From an uncultured Bacteroidales bacterium (GTDB lineage: Bacteria > Bacteroidota > Bacteroidia > Bacteroidales > UBA932), in contig ONWU01000011.1 of NCBI GenBank assembly GCA_900321655.1, positions 22,340 to 86,339 of the forward strand: a stretch of DNA of 64,000 nt, written 5' to 3'. The position numbers were made by a program, and so were the translations under genes. The notes beneath the pieces were generated by a model that had not been told where the DNA came from, did not search any database, and was given only the letters and a program-made list of their open reading frames with translations. This document shows, one piece after another, positions 39,238 to 48,511 of this stretch. Numbering within the stretch: the first letter of the stretch is position 1; each line of letters begins with the position of its first letter.

Positions 39238-41084
39238 AAAAGAGGAATCCAGACTTTCATTTTGCCAGGTGCACGGTTATCCCAGGCATAGTAAGGGATA
39301 TAGGTGAGGCGGCCGGCGCCGTTCACGGCAGAAATTTCCATTATGCCGCCCAGTTTGTCGGGCAAGGCTGAGGTTTCAAAACGGGTGTTTTCTGTGAGGA
39401 AAAGGCTATCGAAGCCTTCCGCGTTATCTGCTTCCTCCAAGCAATAGACCACCGGACCGCGCTGGATGGCCCGCAGCCCTTCATCTTCCTTCACACGGGG
39501 GTCGGCCGCCACCATCTGCACGGGCATTTCCAGTTTCAGGGTAACCTGGTCTCCATCCTTCCATGTACGTTCCAGAATGGCATAACCCTTCTCGACGGCG
39601 AACGCCACAGGCCCTCCGTTTACGGAAAGCGTGTAACTTTCGCACCAGGCAGGTATACGAAGGCGAAGCTGCGTGTGCAGTTTGCCTTTCAAGCCCAGCG
39701 TCAGCCGCACATCTCCGTTCCAGGGGTAATCCGTTTCCTGTTTTAACGTCACCTGCTTTTTCCCCAGCTTGATATCAGCCTGGCTACCCATATACAGGTT
39801 CACCCAAAGGGCCTTGTCAGACACGCCATACACATAATTGCCGATAGAGGGCAAGAAGCGGCAGATCTGGCTGGGGCAGCAGGCGCAACCGTACCAGGCC
39901 TGGCGGTGATGGTCCCCACGCGACTCCAGCGGATTCACGTAGAAGAAGCGGTCTCCGGAGAGGGAAATACCGGCCAGAGCACCGTTGTACAAGGCCCTCT
40001 CCAGCACATCGGCATACTTCCCGTCACCGGTGAACTGCCCCATACGCCAGTTCCACAGAACCATACCCACAGAGGCACAGGTCTCGCAGTAAGCCGTAAG
40101 GTTAGGAAGGCTATAATCATTCGTAAAGCCCTCATTATGGGAGGACTGGCCGATTCCGCCCGTGATGTACATATTTCGCAGCACCACATCGTCCCACACC
40201 CGGTCCAGAGCATCCCTGTAGCCCTGGTCGCCTGTGTAGGAAGCCACATCGGCCATTCCACAGAAAAGATACATAGAGCGGACTGCATGGCCGGAAATAT
40301 CCGTCATTTCCCGAACCGGGACTTCATCCTGATAATAACGGGTGGGCCACACGCGTTCATCCCCATAGGAGCCATATCCGTGGCCCCTCTCGCTCAAAAG
40401 CCAGTCGGCAAAATCCAGATACTTTTTCTCGCCGGTTACCTGGAACAGCTTCACCAGGGCCAGTTCTATCTCTTCGTGACCGGGAATCCAATCTCGTTTT
40501 CCAGGGCCGAAGACCGTCATCATATGGTCAGCCATTCGGATGCATACGTCCAGCAACTTGCGTTTGCCGGTCACCTGAAAATAAGCTATGCCTGCCTCTA
40601 TCATATGTCCTGCACAATACATCTCGTGCCGGTCCATATCCTTCCAGCGATTCTCAAGTCCTGTCAGGGTATAGAAAGTATTGATATAACCGTCCGGTTG
40701 CTGAGCCTCGGCAAACTTGTCAATCCACTCATCACACTTGGCCTCCAGCACCAGGTCCGGATGGTTCTGCAGGGAGCAGGCCATGCCTTCCAGGGCCTTG
40801 TACACATCGGAATCGTCGAAGAAGATGCCGGAGTGCTCTCCCCTTCCCATGGCCGCATTCTCGAAATTGCGGATACGTCCGGTCTGGTTTTCAATCTGAT
40901 CTATGCACACGGCAAGTGTCACATCCTTGTGGGCCTGCAGACGCGGAGACCAGAAGCCGTCCTCAATCTTCACCTTGGAAAAAGGGACTGGAGTAATCAG
41001 TTTCTGCTGTTGTTCTTTTCCGGCGCAGGCACATATAAGCAGCAAAAGTGGGAACAAATACTTCTTCCTCCTCATAGTCATCAT
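39234..41084 (-). CDS. GH127 beta-L-arabinofuranosidase family protein, lipoprotein
   Basis: Motifs DSDVYK, HEMYCAGH, GHAVR, YCETCAS and CACCP (zinc-binding cysteines). Confidence 0.93.
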   Translation of the reverse strand: MMTMRRKKYLFPLLLLICACAGKEQQQKLITPVPFSKVKIEDGFWSPRLQAHKDVTLAVCIDQIENQTGRIRNFENAAMGRGEHSGIFFDDSDVYKALEGMACSLQNHPDLVLEAKCDEWIDKFAEAQQPDGYINTFYTLTGLENRWKDMDRHEMYCAGHMIEAGIAYFQVTGKRKLLDVCIRMADHMMTVFGPGKRDWIPGHEEIELALVKLFQVTGEKKYLDFADWLLSERGHGYGSYGDERVWPTRYYQDEVPVREMTDISGHAVRSMYLFCGMADVASYTGDQGYRDALDRVWDDVVLRNMYITGGIGQSSHNEGFTNDYSLPNLTAYCETCASVGMVLWNWRMGQFTGDGKYADVLERALYNGALAGISLSGDRFFYVNPLESRGDHHRQAWYGCACCPSQICRFLPSIGNYVYGVSDKALWVNLYMGSQADIKLGKKQVTLKQETDYPWNGDVRLTLGLKGKLHTQLRLRIPAWCESYTLSVNGGPVAFAVEKGYAILERTWKDGDQVTLKLEMPVQMVAADPRVKEDEGLRAIQRGPVVYCLEEADNAEGFDSLFLTENTRFETSALPDKLGGIMEISAVNGAGRLTYIPYYAWDNRAPGKMKVWIPLL

Positions 41085-41091
41085 CTTTTGT

Positions 41092-43278
41092 TTATTTTAC
41101 CCTGACATACAGCACCCCGTGGGGCGGAATCACATATATAGCATCCGTAGGAATATCCTTCTGACGCCAGAGGTCCCGGACGGTATCGGCTTTCAGGCCG
41201 ATCTTTTCCAGCGCGCCGTCCAATTGCACGGGGACGGATGCCTCGTTGAGGTTGAAGATACCCACGGCGTGGCCGCCGTCATACAAGTCCCGGCTCCAGA
41301 TCTGCATTCCGTCCTCCACCACGTCCTGGTGGGCCTGGTGCCCCAGGATGTCCTGGTTCACGGCATTCACCTCATTGTTGCAGAGCAGGTTAAAGGTAAA
41401 CTCGTCTATCTGGGCTATATCACAGCCAATGAGCATATTGGCCGCCAGCAAGGACCAGAGGGAGATGTGCGTGTACTGCTCGTCCGGAGTGAGCCGGCTG
41501 TCCCGCAGGCTGCTGCTCCAGCCCACCTTGCCCACGATGAGCATATCCGGGTCGTTCCAATGGCCGGGGCCGGCATAGGGATGCAGCCCGGGCTGCCGCT
41601 CAAAGCCCGTCACATAGAGGGACTCCCAGGTGTCCACAATGTCGTGCGACGTGCGCCAGGAATTGGCGTCCACAAAGGCGCCCCATTCCCAGACCTTTCC
41701 CCAGCCATACTGGCAGAGGGAATAGAAGATATCGCGCGGCTGCTCCCGCAGGAACTGCTGCATCTTCAGGTACGGACGGATGTAGGCGGCCTCGGACTTG
41801 TCCCGGCCAGCTTCAAAGACCTTGCTATAGCCGCACCAGTCGTATTTCAGATAGTCTACGCCCCAGCTGTTCCAGACTTCAGCGTCCTGCTTCTCGTGGT
41901 CCAGCGAGCCCAGATAGCCGCCGCAGGTGTAGTCTCCGGGGCTGGAATAAATGCCAAATTTGAGGCCGTTGCTATGCAGCCAGTCTCCCAGCGCCTTCAT
42001 ATCCGGGAACTTCTCATTGGCCTGGATATATCCTTCCGGCGTGCGCTCTTCGCCCTCCCAGGCATCATCGATGTTGATGTACGAATAGCCATAATCGGCC
42101 AGGCCCTTGTTGATGAGGGCGGCGGCCGATGCCATCACCTTCTCCTGGGAAACGCTCAGGGCCCAGCAGTTCCAGCTGTTCCATCCCATAGGAGGCGTCA
42201 GGCCTATCTGCGTTCCCACCTTGAGGGTGAATGCAGCATGTGCACTTCCCTTTTCGTTAGTGGCCTTCACAACCAGCGGATAGTCACCTTCTTTGAGGCA
42301 GCTACCGCTCAGGACACCCTTGTCTTCATCCAGCACAACCCCCTCCGGAAGGCCTTCTACGGCATATTTCATAGGCTTTTCGCCCGAGAAAGCCAGGCGG
42401 AAAACAACCGGCGAACCGGGACGGACGCCAAACACCAGCGGACCGTTGTAACGCGGCGTAGCAGGAGCCGGAGGCGTAAGGATGTACGGGGCGCAGACTT
42501 CGGCCTCCAACACCTCCGGGAAACGGGGGTCTGAATACCTAACCTTGAGCCTCTTCTGCGGAGCCAGGGGGCAGAAGAACTGTTTTTCTTTCCAGGCTGA
42601 AAGACGGACGTTCCGGGTCTCGGACTTCTCCAGATTCCCAGTCATGACATCGGAAACCGTTATTTGCAAAGTGCCGGTAGTTTTCACAGATGTGGTCAGT
42701 ACGGCTTGGTAACCGCTATCGCCTGCCACCAGGGAAAGCTTCGCGAAGTCCTTCAGGCTGGGTTTCACAATCTTCACATCCCCCCGGTAAAGCCCGCCCG
42801 GGTCTCCGTAATTGTACACCCGGATGGCAATGACGTTATCCCGGTCCCAGTTCACCCAACGGGGGTCTACTACGTAATAGCGGCGTTTCCCATATTCACT
42901 GGAATACCCGCCCGGTTCCTCGGGGAAGGTACCGTCCTTGCCCGCCAGGTGGCCGTTTACCCAGGTCTGGTCGGAATCGTCGATAGCCCCCAGGTCCAGC
43001 ATAATGGCGTCTACGGTTCCCTTTTTGAGCGAGGAAGGAATCACCACGTGGATGCGGTACCAGCCAATTCCGTTGGCGCTCTCCAGCCCCAGTTCTTCCC
43101 AGGGCTGGTGGAAGGTGACTTCCTGCCAGGCGTTGTCATCAAAGGAAAAGGTATTCCAGGCCGGGTTGTCTCCTTTCTGGAAACGGCCGCGCCCTATGGA
43201 GAGTTCCTGGGCCGTCAGCGTCAGACCGGCCAGGAGCAGGAGGGCCGACAGAAGAATGCGTACTTGATTCATGGTCAT
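41092..43278 (-). CDS. GH27 alpha-galactosidase family, with N-terminal jelly-roll and Ig-like domains
   Basis: Motifs LTPPMGWNSWNCW, NIDDAW, DYLKYDWC, SWRT..DI and WNDPDML. Confidence 0.92.
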   Translation of the reverse strand: MTMNQVRILLSALLLLAGLTLTAQELSIGRGRFQKGDNPAWNTFSFDDNAWQEVTFHQPWEELGLESANGIGWYRIHVVIPSSLKKGTVDAIMLDLGAIDDSDQTWVNGHLAGKDGTFPEEPGGYSSEYGKRRYYVVDPRWVNWDRDNVIAIRVYNYGDPGGLYRGDVKIVKPSLKDFAKLSLVAGDSGYQAVLTTSVKTTGTLQITVSDVMTGNLEKSETRNVRLSAWKEKQFFCPLAPQKRLKVRYSDPRFPEVLEAEVCAPYILTPPAPATPRYNGPLVFGVRPGSPVVFRLAFSGEKPMKYAVEGLPEGVVLDEDKGVLSGSCLKEGDYPLVVKATNEKGSAHAAFTLKVGTQIGLTPPMGWNSWNCWALSVSQEKVMASAAALINKGLADYGYSYINIDDAWEGEERTPEGYIQANEKFPDMKALGDWLHSNGLKFGIYSSPGDYTCGGYLGSLDHEKQDAEVWNSWGVDYLKYDWCGYSKVFEAGRDKSEAAYIRPYLKMQQFLREQPRDIFYSLCQYGWGKVWEWGAFVDANSWRTSHDIVDTWESLYVTGFERQPGLHPYAGPGHWNDPDMLIVGKVGWSSSLRDSRLTPDEQYTHISLWSLLAANMLIGCDIAQIDEFTFNLLCNNEVNAVNQDILGHQAHQDVVEDGMQIWSRDLYDGGHAVGIFNLNEASVPVQLDGALEKIGLKADTVRDLWRQKDIPTDAIYVIPPHGVLYVRVK

Positions 43279-43283
43279 AATCT

Positions 43284-46200
43284 TTAGGGTAAGATTACCA
43301 GGGTTACAGGTTTCAGCAGGCCGGAGCTTTGCAGCGGGTCATCGGCCTCCCAGGGCTGGAAATTGGTCCAGGTTCCCCTTTCGGCTTCCGGCAGCCGCTC
43401 ATCGGCAATGAGCCGGTTGCGCCAGTTGTTATATACAGTGACCTCCAGGGTGTTGTCGCCTTCCTTTACCAGGGAGGTTATGTCCAAAGTGTAAGGGAAA
43501 GTCCAGACGCCGCCGGCCGGCCGGCCGTTCACCCGCACATCGGCCATCACCATCACCTCTCCCAGGTCCAGCCTTACGTTGGAAACGGCCGGAAGCGTGA
43601 ACTCCATCCGGTAAGTGGCTTTTCCGGAATAGTATTTCACCTGAGGGTCTTCACTGAGGCTCCAGTCCAGGGTGCCGGCAAAGGTGCGGGTAAAGCCCGG
43701 ATTCCCGGCCGATGGAGCGAACTCCACCGTGAAGGGGCCCTCAAGAGTTATTGTTTCCCCTCCCTCAGGAGCGGCAGGAGCCTCTGTTTTTCCAAACACC
43801 ACAAACACGCTCTGAAGCGGTTCCAAGTGCAGACTGTGGCCATCCCAGGCATACATTTCGCCGGTAAGGGGGTTCCAGAGCCGGGGCTTCAGCCCTTTGG
43901 AAACACGGAACGAAGGCTCAATCTCTACAGGATTCTCTTCCTGATTGGCCACAAAGTAGATATCCCCGTCCTTTCCCAGCGTACGGTGAAGGAAAGACAC
44001 CTTTCCTTCGCCGGAGTAGCGGAAGTCCGGTTCCACACCCAGGTTGGAAAGCGCTGTTTCCAGGCTCTCTCCTTCGGGCAGCAGAAGGGGCTGCAGCAAG
44101 GCCGATAATTCCTGCACGCGGGCATCGGCCCGGCCATAATCCTGCAGGCTGGGAGAGCGCTGCGGCAGCGGGCCCAAAACGGGAAGGCCTTCCCGGGCAA
44201 AACGGACGAGGCATTCCAGCATCTCCGGGCGCATAGTCTCCTGCGCGGGAAGCACCAGAATACGGTATTCCATACCGCTGTCCAGCACCAGCCGGCCGTC
44301 TATAACGCGGACATGGTTCTGGAGGACATCGGCATTGATGTAGTCAAAGGAATAGCCTTCCGGAAGGGGCGGGTTGCAGACGCCGGTCATCTTGGGAGCG
44401 TCTTCGCCTATGAAATAGGCCACATCGGCCACATACCGGCCCTGCTGGAGGAGGAAATTGCAGCGCCTCAGATACGTGACAAAGGAGCCCATTCCCTCGA
44501 ACCAGGTATTGTTCCGGTTGAATTCATTGCCAAACCAGGCGGCCTTGCCGGGTTTCCGGTCATCGGCCTGCTGGATATACAGATGCAGGAGGGTGGCGTT
44601 GATGCCTTCGCAGAAGAACCGGTCCACCCTCTGCTTCATCACCCTCGGATAGCGGCTCCAGGCATTTCCGGCGGCCGTACAGGATTCCGCCCAGATGCGG
44701 TTTTTGCCATAAATATGGCCGCAGGAGGAGGCTGCGCGGTTCTCGATGTCTCCCAGCGTTCCTTCGCTCCAGTATTCGCCGGCTATCTGGTCGCTCTGTC
44801 CTCCATACAGCAGGAACTCACTGGGAAAGCCCCAGTGCCCGTAGCACTCCAGCCAGGTTTCCATCCCGTCCCTGTGAGCCAGTTCGCGAAGACCGCCCAC
44901 ATAATCGTAGGCCACGCGGTCTGCCACCAGACGGCGGAGATCCCACAGGAATCGGTCGCTCTTGTCCATGCTTCCGACCACAACGCCCTGCAAGACAGGG
45001 AGATAAGGAGTTGGATCATACCCATATGTCTTTTGGAACACTTCCGCCATATCGTCCGTCCAGTTCTGGCTTCCGGTCTCGTAGCTGTCTTCCACCACCA
45101 CCTTCCAGGTGCGGCGGTCTTCCGGAGGGATGCGGCGGATCAGTTCTCCCACAAAAGCTTCGTAGTGACTGGCCAGATACGCTTTGCTCATCTTGTCCAC
45201 TTCCAGGCCCGTTCCTTCCGGAACAGCAGGGGAATTGGTGACGCCGGTGCTCTCCATATAACTGGTCAGCACCGTCCACTTCCCTTCCGGCACCTGCCAG
45301 ACCAGCTTTCCATCCTTCAGCCGGGAAGTCAGGTCCACCACGGCCGAAGGATCCACGCACAGCCCGGGAGCATCGGTTTCGGCCGGGGTTTCCCACATAT
45401 AGTAATCCCACAGCGGAAGCGGCTCCTGGTACATCCGGGCCAGGGATTTGTCGGCATAGCGGTCCACTACCGGAGTCTCCGACAAAGTAAGGGTAAAGGT
45501 ATCTTCCGACGGGTTCTCCATCACCAGCTCAAAAGTCTCTGCCTGCTGTGCAGGGAGGGCCAGCAGGTACGGAGCCAACGGCTTGAACCCGGTATTGGGA
45601 TTGTGGTTGTGGCGGTCGTATTCAAAAGAGAGGATCTCTTTTCCATCGGCCTTCAGGTGCGCCTTCGTCCAGCTGGTTCCCGTTCCCTGAAGAGCCAGGG
45701 AACGAACCGGGAAAGCCCTGCTCAGATGAAAGACCTGACGGAACGCCTGCCCCTCCCGGGTGCGGAAGGTCCAGGTTTGGGATTGTCCCTTTATGGCTGG
45801 ATATGCCTGAATGCAGATAATCCGGTCTCCGGCCACATCCGGCAGGGAGAGCGGCTGCTCCTTTCCATTGCCTTCAACCGTCTGGAAATGTGCCTCCACA
45901 TACTTCATACTCTGCTCCGGGGTAACCCAGGGGCCACCGGACTGGCTCCAGCCCGGGCAGTTGAACATCCCCAGTTCTATGTCCAGTTCCGCCGCTTTTT
46001 TCATAGCGGTATGGGTGATGTCCCACCACTGTTCCGAGAACAGCGGCACGCGCAGCTGGGAATCGTCGTCCGTGGACTGGTTGCCTATGAATGCACGGGT
46101 AATGCCCACGCTTTTCATGGCTTCCAGGTCCCGGATTACGCCCTCTTTGGAAATGTTGTTGTCCAGCCAATACCAGTACACGGCCGCCCGGATGGAATCC

Positions 46201-46298
46201 GGCGGATTCAGGAAGCCTTCCTGTAAAGCGGGCCAGGGATTCCGGCTGCAGGCCATAAGCAGCAGGGCCCCCATCACCCCTATGATTCTGCGGATCAT
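43284..46298 (-). CDS. GH106 alpha-L-rhamnosidase, lipoprotein
   Basis: Lipobox LMAC. Motifs FLNPPDS.R..YWYW, FNCPGWSQSGGPWV, EDSYE and AES.T. Confidence 0.88.
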   Translation of the reverse strand: MIRRIIGVMGALLLMACSRNPWPALQEGFLNPPDSIRAAVYWYWLDNNISKEGVIRDLEAMKSVGITRAFIGNQSTDDDSQLRVPLFSEQWWDITHTAMKKAAELDIELGMFNCPGWSQSGGPWVTPEQSMKYVEAHFQTVEGNGKEQPLSLPDVAGDRIICIQAYPAIKGQSQTWTFRTREGQAFRQVFHLSRAFPVRSLALQGTGTSWTKAHLKADGKEILSFEYDRHNHNPNTGFKPLAPYLLALPAQQAETFELVMENPSEDTFTLTLSETPVVDRYADKSLARMYQEPLPLWDYYMWETPAETDAPGLCVDPSAVVDLTSRLKDGKLVWQVPEGKWTVLTSYMESTGVTNSPAVPEGTGLEVDKMSKAYLASHYEAFVGELIRRIPPEDRRTWKVVVEDSYETGSQNWTDDMAEVFQKTYGYDPTPYLPVLQGVVVGSMDKSDRFLWDLRRLVADRVAYDYVGGLRELAHRDGMETWLECYGHWGFPSEFLLYGGQSDQIAGEYWSEGTLGDIENRAASSCGHIYGKNRIWAESCTAAGNAWSRYPRVMKQRVDRFFCEGINATLLHLYIQQADDRKPGKAAWFGNEFNRNNTWFEGMGSFVTYLRRCNFLLQQGRYVADVAYFIGEDAPKMTGVCNPPLPEGYSFDYINADVLQNHVRVIDGRLVLDSGMEYRILVLPAQETMRPEMLECLVRFAREGLPVLGPLPQRSPSLQDYGRADARVQELSALLQPLLLPEGESLETALSNLGVEPDFRYSGEGKVSFLHRTLGKDGDIYFVANQEENPVEIEPSFRVSKGLKPRLWNPLTGEMYAWDGHSLHLEPLQSVFVVFGKTEAPAAPEGGETITLEGPFTVEFAPSAGNPGFTRTFAGTLDWSLSEDPQVKYYSGKATYRMEFTLPAVSNVRLDLGEVMVMADVRVNGRPAGGVWTFPYTLDITSLVKEGDNTLEVTVYNNWRNRLIADERLPEAERGTWTNFQPWEADDPLQSSGLLKPVTLVILP

Positions 46299-48473
46299 TT
46301 ATTTAACCTTTATATACAGAACGCCGTGGGAGGGAACCTTATACTGGGCCGCCGTGGGAATATCCTTCTGGCGCCACAGATCCCGCACCGTATCGGCTTT
46401 CAGGCCGATTTTCTCCAGGGCACCGTCCAGCTGGACGGGAACGGAGGCCCCATTCAGATTGAAAATGCCCACGGCCTTGCCGCCGTCATAGAGATCCCGG
46501 CTCCAGATGCGGATGCCGTCCTCATTCACATCCTCGTGCGCCTGCTGGCCCAGGATGTCCTGGTTAACCGCGTTCACCTCGTTGTTGCACAGGAGGTTGA
46601 AGGTGAAGTCGTCCAGCTGGTCAATGGGGCAGCCGATAAGCAGGTTGGCCGCCTGCAGGGACCAGAGACTGATATGGGTATACTGCTCGTCCGGGGTGAG
46701 GCGGCTGTCCCGCAGGTTGTTGCTCCAGCCCACCTTGCCCACCACCAGCATATCCGGGTCGTTCCAGTGGCCGGGGCCGGCGTAAGGATACAATTCCAGC
46801 TGGTTGCTGAAGCCGATGCCGGACATCGATTCCCAATTGTCCTGGATATCTCCCGTAGTACGCCAGGAGTTGGCATCTACAAAAGCTCCCCATTCCCATA
46901 CCTTGGCATTGCCGTACTGGCACAGAGAGTAGAAGATATCCCGGGGCTGCTCCCGCAGATACTGCTGCATCTTCACATAGGGGCGCATAGAGGCTGCCGT
47001 AGAATGGTCTTTGCTGGGATCAAACACCTTGGAATAGCCGCACCAGTCATATTTGAGGTAGTCCACGCCCCAGGAGGCCCAGGTCTTGGCATCCTGTTCT
47101 TCGTGGTCCAGCGAACCCAGGTAACCGCCGCAGGTGCGGTCTCCCGGACTGGAGTAAATGCCCAGTTTGAGGCCGTTGCTGTGCAACCAGTCTCCCAGGG
47201 CCTTCATATCCGGAAACTTTTCGTTGGGAGAGATGGTTCCGTCGGGATTGCGTTCTTCGGCCTCCCAGGCATCGTCGATGTTGATATACGAATAGCCGTA
47301 ATCGGCCAGTCCCCTATTGATGAGAGCGGCGGCCGATGCCATCACCTTCTCCTGGGAAACGCTCAGGCCCCAGCAGTTCCAGCTGTTCCAGCCCATCGGC
47401 GGCGTCAGGCCTATCTGAGGCCCCACCTTCAAGGTAAACGCTGCTTGGGCACTTCCCTTGTCATTGGTGGCTTTCAGCACCAGCGGGTATTCTCCCACCG
47501 TCTGGCAGCTGCCACTCAGAACGCCCTTGTCGGCATCCAGCACAACGCCCTCCGGAAGGCCTTCCACCGCAAACTTCATAGGTCTCTCACCCGAGAAAGC
47601 CAGGCGGAAAATGACCGGAGAACCGGGACGGACGCCAAATACCAGCGGTCCGTTGTACCGCGGAGCAGCGGGAGCCGGAGGCGTTAGGATATAGGGATTG
47701 CAGACACTGGTTTCCAGCCCGTCTTCAAAGTTATCATCGGCGTAGACAATCTGCACACGAACCCGGCCCTCCATAGGGACGGAAACCCGATAGGGCTTCT
47801 GAGGGGTGAGCGTTACCTTCCGGCTGTTTTTCTCCAGCTGCTCCCCGCTGAGGACATCCTCCTTGATAACCGTAACGGTTCCACGGGTTTTCAGCCGGGT
47901 TTCCAGCACTGCTTTCACCTTTCCGTCCTCACGGGCAGCGGAAAGAGTGGCATAATCTCCCAGGAGCGGCTTTCCAATCCAGGCAGGTCCCCGGAAGAAT
48001 CCACCCGGATCTCCTGCATTGTACACCCTTACGGCAATGACATTTTCCTGGCCCCAACGGATCAGGGACGGGTCCACAATATACCGGCGGGGTTCACTCC
48101 ACCGGCAGTTATACCCTTCGGGGTCCCCGGGATTGGAGCCGGTCTTTCCCACCATCACCCCATTCAGCCAGGTTTCGTCCGTATCGTCAATGGGGCCCAG
48201 ATCCAGGAGTACATCCTTGGAGTATCCTTCTTTGAGCTCTGCGGGAATCACCACGTGCAGCCGGTACCAGGCAAAATTGTCGGGGTTCCGGACACCCTGT
48301 TCATTCCAGTCCTTGTCCAATGTAAACACGGGCCAGGCGCTGTCATCAAAGGAAGGATTACTCCAGGCCGGGTTGTCCCCCACCTGGAAACGGGCGGTTT
48401 CAACGGAAACACCCTGGGCCCATACTGCCACGCAGCAAAGCGTCAGGCCCAAAACGAACAGGATTCTTTTCAT
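46299..48473 (-). CDS. GH27 alpha-galactosidase family, paralog of 41092-43278
   Basis: ATG at 48473 (MKRILF). Same architecture and motifs as 41092-43278. Confidence 0.92.
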   Translation of the reverse strand: MKRILFVLGLTLCCVAVWAQGVSVETARFQVGDNPAWSNPSFDDSAWPVFTLDKDWNEQGVRNPDNFAWYRLHVVIPAELKEGYSKDVLLDLGPIDDTDETWLNGVMVGKTGSNPGDPEGYNCRWSEPRRYIVDPSLIRWGQENVIAVRVYNAGDPGGFFRGPAWIGKPLLGDYATLSAAREDGKVKAVLETRLKTRGTVTVIKEDVLSGEQLEKNSRKVTLTPQKPYRVSVPMEGRVRVQIVYADDNFEDGLETSVCNPYILTPPAPAAPRYNGPLVFGVRPGSPVIFRLAFSGERPMKFAVEGLPEGVVLDADKGVLSGSCQTVGEYPLVLKATNDKGSAQAAFTLKVGPQIGLTPPMGWNSWNCWGLSVSQEKVMASAAALINRGLADYGYSYINIDDAWEAEERNPDGTISPNEKFPDMKALGDWLHSNGLKLGIYSSPGDRTCGGYLGSLDHEEQDAKTWASWGVDYLKYDWCGYSKVFDPSKDHSTAASMRPYVKMQQYLREQPRDIFYSLCQYGNAKVWEWGAFVDANSWRTTGDIQDNWESMSGIGFSNQLELYPYAGPGHWNDPDMLVVGKVGWSNNLRDSRLTPDEQYTHISLWSLQAANLLIGCPIDQLDDFTFNLLCNNEVNAVNQDILGQQAHEDVNEDGIRIWSRDLYDGGKAVGIFNLNGASVPVQLDGALEKIGLKADTVRDLWRQKDIPTAAQYKVPSHGVLYIKVK

Positions 48474-48511
48474 AATGGTTATCAATTATCTGGTCTGTTA
48501 AAGTTATAAAA

